Part shown: piece after piece, positions 36,096 through 46,492 of the stretch
Layout: each line of letters begins with the position of its first letter
Position numbering within the stretch: position 1 is the stretch's first letter
Program-made: the position numbers and the translations under genes
The notes under the pieces: model-generated
Seen by the model: only the letters and a program-made list of their open reading frames with translations
Database searches by the model: none
What the model was told of the DNA's origin: nothing
Origin: Promethearchaeati archaeon SRVP18_Atabeyarchaeia-1
GTDB taxonomy: Archaea > Asgardarchaeota > Atabeyarchaeia > Atabeyarchaeales > Atabeyarchaeaceae
Assembly: GCA_037308085.1 (NCBI GenBank)
Contig: CP147779.1
Coordinates: 224,001-288,000 of the forward strand
Reading direction: 5' to 3'
DNA length: 64,000 bases

Positions 36096-37742
36096 ATGGA
36101 TTTCGAGATAAGGGATAAGGATGTTTGTGGGCGTATTGGCGCGATCAGGACGAAGACTGGGTGCTTCGAGACGCCTGTTCTCTTGCCGGTTGTCAATCCT
36201 TTTGCGCTTAGGGGTCTCTCCCCGTCTGATCTTGAGAAGGAGTTCGGGTGCGAGGCAATAATAACAAATGCGTATCTTCTCTGGAAGCACTCTGCGAAGG
36301 AGTCTTTTGAGCGTGGCGTCCACAAACTGCTTGACTTCTCTAAAAGCATTATGACTGACTCGGGCGCATATCAACTATTAACCTATGGTGACGTGGGAGT
36401 GGAACCGAGGGAAATTGTAGCTTTCCAGGAGAATATAGGGAGCGATATTGCGGTCATCCTAGATGTTCCCACAGGAGGGTATGAGAAACGGGATCGTGCG
36501 GTTTTCACGGTCGACGAAACCATAAGGCGTGCCAAGGAACTGGGAAGCATAAAGAGAAGAGATGATATTCTGTGGGTCGGTCCAGTGCAGGGTGGAACAT
36601 ACCTAGATCTCGTGGAGCACTCCGCTAGGGAGATGGGGAAACTTGGTTTCGATATCTACGCCATAGGTAGCCCTACTCAGATCATGGAATCGTATAGGTT
36701 CGACAAGCTTGTTGACTTGGTGGCTACGGCCAAGTTCAATCTGCCGATAGAGAAACCAGTGCATCTTTTTGGGGCCGGGCATCCTTCGATCTTCTCCCTT
36801 GCTGTGGCACTTGGATGCGACATGTTTGACTCGGCGTCGTATGTTCTCTACGCTAAGGACGATAGGTATATGACTGGCTCTGGAACTCGAAGGCTAGGTG
36901 ATTTGAGGGAGAAGGTCTGCACCTGTCCCGCTTGCCAGAGGTTCGAGTTGAAGGAGATGTTGGCTCTCCCTGCGGATGAACGCTTCACCGTTGTCGCTCG
37001 GCATAACCTCTACCTGTGCTTGAATGAGATTCGGGTGATCAAGCAGGCAATACATGAGGGAAGGCTCTGGGAGCTTGTCGAAGTCAGAGCTAGAACGCAC
37101 CCACGGCTATTGGAGGGGCTGAAGAGGCTGCGGAAATATCGCAGACAACTTGAGAAATATAGCCCTATGGTTAAGCCCCATGCAATCTTCTACGCTGGTC
37201 CTGAATCATTGCTGAGACCAGAAGTAACTAGGCACCTAATGAAAATGAATAGGATATCGGCTCCATTGGGAACCGAGATTCTCGTAATACTCCCTGAGCC
37301 AGACAAGAAACCGTTCAGTAAGTCGAAGCAACAGAGAAAGTACAGAAGAATAATTAGGGAAGCTCTTGGTAGGGGACAGCTGGAGAAGATTCATATTTGC
37401 ACCGTATCGAAGTTTTTCGGTCTGATACCGATGGAGCTTGATGAAACCTATCCACTTGCTCAGCATGAGGCACCAAGAACACCTGATCTGGAATCAAGGA
37501 AAATGATATCACACTCAATCAAATCTTACGTAAGAAAACACAAGTATCGTGCTGTGCTGCTTCACGCTGATCACAAGGTTCTTGGCAAATGTGCGACTGA
37601 TAGTATCCTCAAATTGTGCGTGCAGCTTGGAATATTCGCCCTTCTAACTCCAAGAGAAGCGATTCACCCCAGAAGCAAGCAAGCCCTGGATGAGTTTAGA
37701 CACGCAATTATCGAGGCACAGAGTCACCTAGACGGAGAGTAA
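36096..37742 (+). CDS. tgtA: Archaeosine tRNA-guanine(15) transglycosylase
   Basis: ETPVLLPV, MTDSGAYQ, LDVPTG, VQGG, HLFGAGHP, DMFDSA, CTCPAC..HNL. Confidence 0.95.
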   Translation: MDFEIRDKDVCGRIGAIRTKTGCFETPVLLPVVNPFALRGLSPSDLEKEFGCEAIITNAYLLWKHSAKESFERGVHKLLDFSKSIMTDSGAYQLLTYGDVGVEPREIVAFQENIGSDIAVILDVPTGGYEKRDRAVFTVDETIRRAKELGSIKRRDDILWVGPVQGGTYLDLVEHSAREMGKLGFDIYAIGSPTQIMESYRFDKLVDLVATAKFNLPIEKPVHLFGAGHPSIFSLAVALGCDMFDSASYVLYAKDDRYMTGSGTRRLGDLREKVCTCPACQRFELKEMLALPADERFTVVARHNLYLCLNEIRVIKQAIHEGRLWELVEVRARTHPRLLEGLKRLRKYRRQLEKYSPMVKPHAIFYAGPESLLRPEVTRHLMKMNRISAPLGTEILVILPEPDKKPFSKSKQQRKYRRIIREALGRGQLEKIHICTVSKFFGLIPMELDETYPLAQHEAPRTPDLESRKMISHSIKSYVRKHKYRAVLLHADHKVLGKCATDSILKLCVQLGIFALLTPREAIHPRSKQALDEFRHAIIEAQSHLDGE

Positions 37743-37770
37743 GCGTCAAGAAGCTACCGGGGAATGTTGA

Positions 37771-38442
37771 GTGAAAGAACTAAGGCTAGACCTGCATATT
37801 CATACATGGTACTCAAAGGACGGAATACATCCTCCGAGCCTCATATTGAAAACCGCATTCTCCAAGGGGTTGGATGTCATCGCATTGACGGACCACAATT
37901 CTGTTCGAGGATTAAAGGGGATAAGAGGTGGAGTTCACGGCATCACAATTGTGCCCGGCATTGAAGTGGACACAATCGAAGGGCATGTGATAGGGCTCGG
38001 AATCGAAACCGAGATAAAGCCTTGGCTGACTGCAGCCGAAACGATTGAGCGGATCAGAGACGAAGGAGGAATTTCGGTGATTCCACATCCGTTCGACTAC
38101 CTCCGGCGTGGTATCGGATCAAGAGCCAAGACGATCGGGGCTGATTTAATCGAGGTAATGAATTCCAGATCCAATACGCCTCTTGCTAACTATTGGGCTA
38201 GAAGAACCGCCGACAAAATACACAGCCCGATTACGGCTGGCAGTGACGCACACTTGGCCGAGGATGTTGGAAATGTATTCTTAGCGTTCGACAACGAGGA
38301 AAGTGAACAAAGTGTCGACTCGATTCTTAGGTTGCTGACTTCGCGACGGGGAGCTAAGCCCAGAGTTGTAGGCGGTCTGACGCCCCTGAGTAGCAGAGTA
38401 AGGAAAATAGCTTTGGTGAGACTAAAAAGAACAAGCGGATAG
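37771..38442 (+). CDS. PHP-domain metal-dependent phosphoesterase
   Basis: DLHIHT, TDHN, GIE, PHPF, GSDAH. Confidence 0.92.
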   Translation: MKELRLDLHIHTWYSKDGIHPPSLILKTAFSKGLDVIALTDHNSVRGLKGIRGGVHGITIVPGIEVDTIEGHVIGLGIETEIKPWLTAAETIERIRDEGGISVIPHPFDYLRRGIGSRAKTIGADLIEVMNSRSNTPLANYWARRTADKIHSPITAGSDAHLAEDVGNVFLAFDNEESEQSVDSILRLLTSRRGAKPRVVGGLTPLSSRVRKIALVRLKRTSG

Positions 38443-38460
38443 ACACAGGTTAGAAGAGCA

Positions 38461-39687
38461 TTAGAGCTTTTGAAGCCCCAAATCGATTTCCAGAGTTCTC
38501 CTCTTCTGCTGCGCCAAAGCACTTCTTGCGATCCCGAATTCACTTGCTTTCGCGTCTTGCCTCTTTAGGGCTTCTATTTTGGCCGTGGATTCTATGACGT
38601 TGCTCTCAACATAAACTCCGAGCTCTTTCATTTCAGCAAGCTCATGGAAACCTGCCTCGAACCCCATGGTATCGGCGTCAGGACCCAGAACAGACTCACC
38701 TTTTATCCCTGTGAGGAGAAGTATCGTCCTTATGATTCCATTGAGGTTAGGAGAGACCCGTGCTCCCCAGATTACCTTTGAGCTCGGCGCCATCCTTCTC
38801 GTTACGAGTTCGGCGACCCGGGTAGCTTCTGAGAGAGTCATATCCGCCCCACCTGAGACGTGAACTAGCGCACCGGTCGCCCCTGTGACGACAAGAGAAA
38901 GCAGAGGATTGTTTAGCGCTTCTTCAACTGATTTCTCGGCCCTGTTCTCCCCCTCAGCCTCCCCGATACCTATTATGGCTACACCGCCGACACCCATGAT
39001 TGATCTGATATCAGCAAAATCGAGGTTAATGAGAGACGGCAGCTTGATCGTTTCAGTGATTCCCTTAACCATGGTTGCAAGAACCTCATCGGCGACCGCA
39101 AAGGCCTCTTCAATCGGGTAGTCTGGCGCAACCTCCAGTAGCTTGTTATTATCCACCACTACAACCGTATCCACATGTTCCCTTAGTCTGCTGAGACCTT
39201 CACGCGCCCTTTGGTTCCTAAGTTCCCCTTCGACCTTGAAAGGTAGAGTCACAACCCCTATCACTATGGCCCCGACCTGCTTAGCTATCTCGGCCATAAT
39301 AGGAGCTCCGCCGGTTCCTGTTCCTCCCCCCAAACCGCATGTTACGAAAACCATGTCGGCGCCCTCTAACGCCTGCGAGAGAATCAGGCGACTCTCCTCG
39401 GCGGCAGCAGCGCCTAGCTCTGGATCTCCTCCAGCACCAAGACCACGGGTAGTTTTCTCCCCTATCAATATCTTCCTGTGAGCAGGAACCGAGTCTAGGT
39501 GCTGTTTGTCGGTATTTATCGCAATACACTCCGCGCCTTGAATCCCGAGATGCATCATTCGTTTAACAGTATTGTTGCCGCCTCCGCCAACGCCACAAAT
39601 AATAATCACTGCCTTGCCTGGCTCACGAACACTTGACGCTCTCTCTTCCTTCGCGTGTTTGATGGCATTCTGGATTATCGATTTCAT
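38461..39687 (-). CDS. ftsZ: Cell division GTPase FtsZ
   Basis: GVGGGGNN, GLGAGG, GGGTGTG, INLDFAD. Confidence 0.97.
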   Translation of the reverse strand: MKSIIQNAIKHAKEERASSVREPGKAVIIICGVGGGGNNTVKRMMHLGIQGAECIAINTDKQHLDSVPAHRKILIGEKTTRGLGAGGDPELGAAAAEESRLILSQALEGADMVFVTCGLGGGTGTGGAPIMAEIAKQVGAIVIGVVTLPFKVEGELRNQRAREGLSRLREHVDTVVVVDNNKLLEVAPDYPIEEAFAVADEVLATMVKGITETIKLPSLINLDFADIRSIMGVGGVAIIGIGEAEGENRAEKSVEEALNNPLLSLVVTGATGALVHVSGGADMTLSEATRVAELVTRRMAPSSKVIWGARVSPNLNGIIRTILLLTGIKGESVLGPDADTMGFEAGFHELAEMKELGVYVESNVIESTAKIEALKRQDAKASEFGIARSALAQQKRRTLEIDLGLQKL

Positions 39688-39743
39688 CGACTACCCTCCA
39701 AAGCCGATAATCTCCCCTATTTCCTTGGGCTTTCTGCCTAGGC

Positions 39744-39935
39744 CTACCTTGCAAGGACAGATGCGGTGGCACTTGAGGGGCGTTCCCATAACTCGTTCTT
39801 CAACAGATCCCTTACAGCAATCCGAATTGCCTCTGACCTGTTGGGATAAATTCTCGACCTGACGAGTTCCTCTATGCCCTCGAGGAAAGCTTCTGGTAGA
39901 TGTATTGTTACAAGTCTTAGACCTCGATGTTCCAT
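39744..39935 (-). CDS. cdrS: CdrS-like ribbon-helix-helix regulator upstream of ftsZ
   Basis: LVTIHLP..IEELV...YPNRSEAIRIAVRDLL; conserved RHH-ftsZ pairing. Confidence 0.8.
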   Translation of the reverse strand: MEHRGLRLVTIHLPEAFLEGIEELVRSRIYPNRSEAIRIAVRDLLKNELWERPSSATASVLAR

Positions 39936-40252
39936 AATATATTCTCACCAGAATACTACTTCGTAATACGGGCATATAAGCCTAAGTAATGCGTGTGACA
40001 TCTGCTCGGATTACATCATGACCATCTCCTTATAAACCTATCTTGGATGCTTCATCATGTTCGCGGCATCAAAGATGTCCTGGAGCTTAGACTCGAGAAA
40101 TCGATTTACATTCTGTATAATACCGCACTTTTGAGCCAATTGACTCCTTTTTGGGCAAATTTGAGCCTGAATCGCACGATAATTGTCATCTGGCTCCAGG
40201 TCTGAGCATTGTATTAGTCCTGCGGTTGCGGGCGTATCACCGACGTAATACT

Positions 40253-40555
40253 TTAGCCACCAGATATTGGGGGCAGTATTGCAACCACATCGCCGTCCCT
40301 GACCTGAGCATTGAGACTCTCAGGATTTCTGAGGCTCTGCCCATTGACCATTAAGGAGATCTGCTGTTTTATGGAATCTTGCCCGGGTTCCTCAAATACG
40401 TACCCACTGAAGTCTTTCCCGTACTGCGTTGAGAGCCTTCGGAGAACATCCCGTAACGTCGTCTTCGTTTTCTCCAGTTCCATCTTCTCCTCTCTTTTTC
40501 CGGTAATGTCCCGGAGAGCCGCGAAGAACTTTATCGTTATCTTCGTCGTCCTCAC
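40253..40555 (-). CDS. MoaD/SAMP ubiquitin-like protein
   Basis: KFFAALRDITG...DGDVVAILPPISGG (C-terminal GG). Confidence 0.93.
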   Translation of the reverse strand: MRTTKITIKFFAALRDITGKREEKMELEKTKTTLRDVLRRLSTQYGKDFSGYVFEEPGQDSIKQQISLMVNGQSLRNPESLNAQVRDGDVVAILPPISGG

Positions 40556-40611
40556 CTATTCCTCTGCTCCCTCGGTGCACGCTCCTGCTGGTCTACCTAG
40601 ATGAGGTTTCG

Positions 40612-42153
40612 CTATATCTTTCTGTTGAACATTCGCCAAGTCAAGCACAGTGTCTTGGGGTGGGCTGCCTTACGCTCATCAAGTCTCCTCCTTGATGTGT
40701 TCACGGGTGCGTCGTGTAAGAGGCGCGGGGATTCGTGGGCCTCTCTAACTATTTCCTCCATTGCTTCGGCGAAGTTGTCTAGATCTTCTTTTGTGGCAGA
40801 CTCCGTTGGCTCTACCATTAGAGCTTCCTCGACTATTGATGGGAAGTATATTGTTGGTGCGTGGATCCCATGGTCAAGCAGCCTCTTTGCAACATCCAGC
40901 GTCGTGACTCCAGTTTCCTGTTTGAGTTTTTCACCGCTAAGCACTGATTCATGCTTTCTCGGTTTCTCTCGCAGTGTCGGTTTCAGAACAAGAAGTTTTG
41001 ACAACTTGGACGCTATGTAATTACTGTTCAGGACAGCGATGCTGGCTGCTTCGGCGAGTCCTTCTGCGCCCATTGTGAGTATGTACGTGAATGCTCTGAC
41101 CAGCACGCCGAAGTTGCCATAGAACCCCTTGACTTTTCCAATTGACTGCGGCCGGTCATAATCGAAGTAGTAGTGCTCTCCGTCAAATTCCACGGTGGGT
41201 ATTGGAAGGAATCTCTCCAGCTGCTTGGTCACTCCTACTGGACCAGCTCCTGGTCCTCCTCCTCCATGAGGTGTGGAGAACGTCTTGTGCAGATTGGTGT
41301 GGACAATATCGAACCCCATGTCGCCTGGTCGTATTCTGCCCACGATCGCATTAAGGTTCGCGCCATCGTAGTAGAGAAGCCCACCGGCACCGTGCACCAG
41401 TTCGGCTATTTCCCCAATATCTTCTTCGAAGAGCCCCAGCGTGTTGGGGTTCGTTAGCATCAGACCTGCCGTCTTATCCGATATTGCTGCCTTAAGGGCA
41501 TCGATGTTCATGCATCCTTTCTCGTTAGACGGAATCGTGACTACATTGAAGCCGCCCATGGCCGCGCTTGAAGGGTTTGTGCCGTGAGCCGAGTCTGGTA
41601 CCAAGATATCGGTTCTTTTTCCAAGTTCGTGGTTTAATCGGTGGTATGCTCTTATGATCTGGATCCCGGTGAATTCGCCATTTGCCCCCGCGGCGGGTTG
41701 GACGGATACGCGGTACATACCCATGATTTCTGCTAGCCATTTCTCTAGTTTAAAGATTATTTCGAGTGACCCTTGAACGGTGCTCAAATCCTGGTACGGG
41801 TGGATTTCATTCAGCTTCTCGAGGCCTGCTATCTGATCATTGATTTTTGGGTTGTATTTCATCGTGCATGAGCCGAGCGGATAGAATCCTGAATCTACGC
41901 CGTAGCTCATCTGTGATAGCCTAACGAAGTGCCGTGCAACTTGTACCTCGGATAATTCGGGGAGCGCAGGAGGTTTTTGCCTACGCATAGTGGAAGGAAC
42001 TAGCTTCCCCGGGTCCCCAACAAGCCTTTTCACTTCTTCATCGATTCTAGGTAGTTTGAACCCCGTTCTTCCTTCTTCTCCCATTTGAAAGATGAGAGGC
42101 TCATCCCACGATGCCTGTCTGAAAACACTTTTCTTAATCGTCATCTTGTTCAC
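40612..42153 (-). CDS. gcvPB: Glycine dehydrogenase subunit 2
   Basis: PLGSCTMKYNP, HGTNP, NLHKTFSTPHGGGGPG. Confidence 0.96.
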   Translation of the reverse strand: MNKMTIKKSVFRQASWDEPLIFQMGEEGRTGFKLPRIDEEVKRLVGDPGKLVPSTMRRQKPPALPELSEVQVARHFVRLSQMSYGVDSGFYPLGSCTMKYNPKINDQIAGLEKLNEIHPYQDLSTVQGSLEIIFKLEKWLAEIMGMYRVSVQPAAGANGEFTGIQIIRAYHRLNHELGKRTDILVPDSAHGTNPSSAAMGGFNVVTIPSNEKGCMNIDALKAAISDKTAGLMLTNPNTLGLFEEDIGEIAELVHGAGGLLYYDGANLNAIVGRIRPGDMGFDIVHTNLHKTFSTPHGGGGPGAGPVGVTKQLERFLPIPTVEFDGEHYYFDYDRPQSIGKVKGFYGNFGVLVRAFTYILTMGAEGLAEAASIAVLNSNYIASKLSKLLVLKPTLREKPRKHESVLSGEKLKQETGVTTLDVAKRLLDHGIHAPTIYFPSIVEEALMVEPTESATKEDLDNFAEAMEEIVREAHESPRLLHDAPVNTSRRRLDERKAAHPKTLCLTWRMFNRKI

Positions 42154-42166
42154 CTTTCCTTAAGAT

Positions 42167-43612
42167 TCACTCTTTTCTCAAGTGCGTTTGGCTTTCCTGG
42201 CCTCTTTCTATTCTGTTGGAACCTGCCATGACCTCCTCAGAAGCTTCAACCAGATTCTCTATGTCCGCCTTTGAGTGGATCTCGGTGACGCATAGCAGTG
42301 CAGTATTTCCAAACTCCGGGAACTCCTTATCAATTGGGTGACCACCTTGAATGCCTCTTCTAAGGAGTTCGCCGTTGTAGACGCTTATGGGTTTGCCCGA
42401 TTCATCAGTACTCAACGTGAATTCCTTGAAGTGCGCTCCTTCGATCACCGGCACTCTTAATCCCTTTATCTTGCTCAGTCTGCGGATTGCGTAGTTCGTG
42501 TCTGCAAGGATGAGTTCTCCGAGTTGTCTGAACCCCTTGGCCCCGAGAAGAGAAGAATAGACCAACGCTGCTACCGCACATAGTGCTTCGTTGCTTGTTA
42601 TGTTCGATGTCGCTCTCTCTCTTCGTATATGCTGTTCCCTTGTCTGAAGGGTTAATACGAAGCCAGTGTCATTACCTTCAAGCGTTGTTGTCATACCTAC
42701 GAGCCGACCAGGCACTTGTCTTATCAGCTTCAGATCCTCCCTGCAGCCAAGTATTCCAAGGAGCGGACCACCGAAGCTCATATGGTTACCAAGCGGTTGG
42801 CCTTCGCCTATCGCTATGTCAGCATCGTACTCCCCCGGGGGGCGGATTACTCCAAGCGATGTGGGATCTACCCCAGCTATGAGAAGGCTTCCCCGCTCAT
42901 GAGCTATCTTTGAGATATCATCGACCTGTTCCTCTAAGAACCCGAAGTAGGACGGGTTCTCAACGTATACGGCTGCTACGTCCTCGGACAACTTGTCCTT
43001 AAGAGACTGAAGGGATAGTTGACCCGTTTTCTCTTGTGGCGATATTTCCTCAACTTTTATTCCAGAACCCTCGACATAGGTTTTCAGTACTTTAAACCTA
43101 TCCGGATGTATGATGTGTGGAATCAGAATGATGCTCCTTTGCGTCACCCTTTTTGCAAGCAGAGCCGCTTCTCCAAGTGCTGTCGACCAGTCATAGAGTG
43201 AACTGTTGACGACCTCCATGTCCAGCAACTCAGCCATGACGCTTTGGTACTCAAAAAGAGCTTGCAGAATGCCTTGCGCAATTTCAGGTTGATAGGGCGT
43301 GTACGATGTCAGGAATTCGCTTCGACTGACAATCATATCAACTAGGGCAGGTACGTAGTGAGGCCACACGCCAGCGCCCAAGAAGGTTGGCATCTCGTGT
43401 ATGGTTCTGTTCTTGAGTATGATCGAGTTCAGAATGCGCCGGACTTCAACTTCGGAATGCGAAGATGGCATTCCCCTTAGCTCATGCCTCGGGATGCTTT
43501 TAGGTATATCACGGTAGAGTTCTTCGACGCTCTCGACGCCGATTTCCTTCAGCATCTCTCTCATGATCTTCTCGGAGGAGTTGGGAATATAGGGGTTCGA
43601 ATCAGGGATCAT
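42167..43612 (-). CDS. gcvPA: Glycine dehydrogenase subunit 1
   Basis: YTPYQPEIAQG, LQTREQHIRRERATSNI. Confidence 0.96.
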   Translation of the reverse strand: MIPDSNPYIPNSSEKIMREMLKEIGVESVEELYRDIPKSIPRHELRGMPSSHSEVEVRRILNSIILKNRTIHEMPTFLGAGVWPHYVPALVDMIVSRSEFLTSYTPYQPEIAQGILQALFEYQSVMAELLDMEVVNSSLYDWSTALGEAALLAKRVTQRSIILIPHIIHPDRFKVLKTYVEGSGIKVEEISPQEKTGQLSLQSLKDKLSEDVAAVYVENPSYFGFLEEQVDDISKIAHERGSLLIAGVDPTSLGVIRPPGEYDADIAIGEGQPLGNHMSFGGPLLGILGCREDLKLIRQVPGRLVGMTTTLEGNDTGFVLTLQTREQHIRRERATSNITSNEALCAVAALVYSSLLGAKGFRQLGELILADTNYAIRRLSKIKGLRVPVIEGAHFKEFTLSTDESGKPISVYNGELLRRGIQGGHPIDKEFPEFGNTALLCVTEIHSKADIENLVEASEEVMAGSNRIERGQESQTHLRKE

Positions 43613-43897
43613 GTGTTGTGTGCACCTCTCAGATCTGCTTTTCCGCGGGATAATTCTGCCTCTTCCATTGACATGTCGAGGCGATAGAGTATTTCATCGC
43701 ACCTAGTGGCATAAGGTAGACATTAACCTTTTTTCAGCCTTTTGGGCAATCGTGCCAGATGGAGAAGAGCGGTAGAAGCACTTCCAGAGAGTCATTTGTT
43801 CCATAATATTACTCAGACCTCAATAAAACGGAAGTATTCCAGCACGTAAAGTGCAAAAAGCTTATTAGGTATCGTTATTTCAAATGAGTGTCATCAG

Positions 43898-45721
43898 TTG
43901 TGGTGGGTTTGCACTTTGAGCACCAAGAAGTACGCTGATTTGCTGATAGTGTCATTCATGCTGTGCGTAGTCACTTTCGCTCTTCTTGGAGGGGCTCCTT
44001 TCGCTAATTCTTCGCAAGCTGCTTATGGCTATGGTCACAATGGCCTCGGCAGCAGCAGTCCGCTTCCTCAACATGACATTGGACCTATTGATCAGAACAT
44101 TTCGCTTGTCAACACTCAGGCGATAAGGGTTGTGAGTATTGGAGACTGCGGCTTGGTGACCGTAAACGATACCGTTACAGTCCGCAACAACGGCAGCATC
44201 ACCGCGTTCTACTGGACATTCTACTTTCCCCCAGACGCGTATACGAATCTAACATATGTTGCAGCTTACGGCAACGGGACGAGTCTGAATGTGGTTGCGG
44301 TCCCACCATTCGAGTCATTTGTGGGTATGAGAGCCGATCTCACAGACATAGGCGGGTTGGCTGTCAACTCCTCCATACGTATGACTCTGATTCAGCAGTA
44401 CTCTGGCCTTGTCAAGCCCTATCCAACACCAGGAACGCAACGAGCCTTACTTTACTTCTACAGGTTTCTAGTGTCCCCTTATCTCACGATGAAATACAAT
44501 GTGTCCGTTCGACTCCCAACGTCGGCGACCCCAAGCAATGAGCTGACCGAGATGTACGCCAGCATAGTCGCGCCCTTCAACTGCACTAGATTGGGTTCCG
44601 CATCGGGCGGAAGTTACAACTTTGTGCTCGCTGGCGGGCAGTCTTTAGTAGAAGTTAGCGTTGACCGCGTTCTTGAGATCAGGGCTGATGGGTACATTTC
44701 CGTGACCGAGACCCACCGCGTCAGGAACATCGGTCCTCAGCCTTTCGGAACCATCAGTTTCACTTTGCCACTCACAGTGATTGGCGGAAGTCTAGAGGCT
44801 CGAGACTCATCTGGGCAATTAGATTTGTTATCCCAAGGAAGAATCGTGACGGTGGCTTTGCGCTACTACCTAAGTGTGAACAATAGTTTCACCTACTACG
44901 TGTCCTACAGGACATACATCGATGATTATAGGACATTCGAGAATGGGTTGTATGTGATCCGTATGTCGCCAGTCACCGTCTACAATTCAAGCGTGAGTTC
45001 AGAGACGACGTCAGTGATTTTCCCGTATCGTGATCAAGTGTATTCCGCCAGCAACTCCCCGAGTGAGGTTGGCGTAAAAGGGGATAATATGATAGTCACC
45101 TATGTGTTCCATAACGTCACACCTCTGAACGCCGGTTCGGTTGAACTGAGGTACAGCGAGGATGCTTCACTGGCTTTCTTGCGACCGCTCGTCATATCAT
45201 TGGGAGTCCTCGTAATTGGTTTCGCATATGTAGCCGCCAGGAAGTTCTTCCGCAAAACGGGTCCGACAAGTACTGTAACAGTAACTGGAGTAAAAGAGCG
45301 GGGGCTCTCTCCTATAATCAAGACATTCTGCTCAAACTATGAGGAAAAGACTGCGCTGACCCTTGAAATGGAGAAACTCGCAGAGGATCGGCGGAAGGGC
45401 AGAGTCAGTAAGAGGGCTTACATTGAGCGCGTCCAACTTGGAGGACGGCGCATAGCTTCACTCACGAACAGCATTAATGAGGACAAGAAAAAGCTCATTC
45501 CAGCAAGCAAGAGGTTTGCAGCGATCATAAGGCAACTTGACACATACGAAGAAGAAAGGGAGAACGCTAGAGCAGCTCTCGAGAACTTGGAGCTGAGAAG
45601 ACGACAAGGAAAGGTCTCGGGAGACGTGTACAACAGCCTCAAATACGAGAACACTAAGAAGATCGATAAAGCGACTGCTGGTATCGACAGTCTGATAGTC
45701 CAGTTCCGCCAGGAAGCCTAG
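43898..45721 (+). CDS. Ribophorin I (OST1/RPN1)-like membrane protein
   Basis: Signal peptide, repeated beta-rich ectodomain (VDRVLEI..DG.ISVTET), single TM, cytoplasmic helical bundle. Confidence 0.65.
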   Translation: MWWVCTLSTKKYADLLIVSFMLCVVTFALLGGAPFANSSQAAYGYGHNGLGSSSPLPQHDIGPIDQNISLVNTQAIRVVSIGDCGLVTVNDTVTVRNNGSITAFYWTFYFPPDAYTNLTYVAAYGNGTSLNVVAVPPFESFVGMRADLTDIGGLAVNSSIRMTLIQQYSGLVKPYPTPGTQRALLYFYRFLVSPYLTMKYNVSVRLPTSATPSNELTEMYASIVAPFNCTRLGSASGGSYNFVLAGGQSLVEVSVDRVLEIRADGYISVTETHRVRNIGPQPFGTISFTLPLTVIGGSLEARDSSGQLDLLSQGRIVTVALRYYLSVNNSFTYYVSYRTYIDDYRTFENGLYVIRMSPVTVYNSSVSSETTSVIFPYRDQVYSASNSPSEVGVKGDNMIVTYVFHNVTPLNAGSVELRYSEDASLAFLRPLVISLGVLVIGFAYVAARKFFRKTGPTSTVTVTGVKERGLSPIIKTFCSNYEEKTALTLEMEKLAEDRRKGRVSKRAYIERVQLGGRRIASLTNSINEDKKKLIPASKRFAAIIRQLDTYEEERENARAALENLELRRRQGKVSGDVYNSLKYENTKKIDKATAGIDSLIVQFRQEA

Positions 45722-45842
45722 TGAAAGACTGTTGAGAAGAACTGACTGACGGAATGATACCAAAAAGCTTTTTTAAGCATTTGATGTCAATTCTGACCTA
45801 ATTACAGCGTCACCACTTATGATTAAGGAGGTAACCTGTTTC

Positions 45843-46031
45843 ATGGCAAAAATCAATGTGGATCTCGACAAATGTACAGGCTGCGGGACATGCTCCGAAG
45901 TTTGTCCTCAATCATGCTTCGAACTGGACAGCGAAGCGGGGAAGACGAAGGTCGTCAACGAGGACGAATGCTTGGCATGCAGAGCGTGCGAATCCCAATG
46001 TGAGCAACAGGCCATAAGCATTGAGGAATAG
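45843..46031 (+). CDS. 2[4Fe-4S] ferredoxin
   Basis: CTGCGTCSEVCP and CLACRACESQC. Confidence 0.95.
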   Translation: MAKINVDLDKCTGCGTCSEVCPQSCFELDSEAGKTKVVNEDECLACRACESQCEQQAISIEE

Positions 46032-46171
46032 AAGTCGGGGGCTTGATTCGAGTCAGATAGGGCTACCCCTCTTATTTTCTCCAGCTGAAACTGTCAGTTT
46101 GAACTGCGGACAACTCCATAAGCAGAATTCAGGAAACAATTTTAAGGTGTGAGAATCCTGTATGACTGTAG

Positions 46172-46309
46172 AGCCCCGTGGTCTAGCGACCCCGAGCCAA
46201 CGGTCGTCGGCTCGGGCTAGAAGCCAATGATGGCGGGCTTTGGACCCGTTGACGGGAGTTCGAATCACTCAGATGATTTTTGAGGGCGAGAGTCTCCCCG
46301 GGGCTACCA
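46172..46309 (+). tRNA. tRNA-Gln(TTG) with two non-canonical introns (46189-46222 D-loop; 46265-46292 T-loop), CCA encoded
   Basis: Acceptor AGCCCCG/CGGGGCT; anticodon arm GCGGG-CTTTGGA-CCCGT; BHB helices CTAG/CTAG and TTCG/CGAG. Confidence 0.93.
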
Positions 46310-46492
46310 ACTCTCTTCTTCCTCACTGGTTTCTGCGCTTAGGCGCGGACTAACACTAGTTTTCCAAGCTACTCCTTCCGGATAACCCGAGGAAGCATAC
46401 TTATAGGGGTCAAAGCCAGTTGACTTATCACTCATCCAAGATTCGAGTTTGATTTGAATCCCAGTACAAGGGATCAGAAGTGAGGGAATCTT

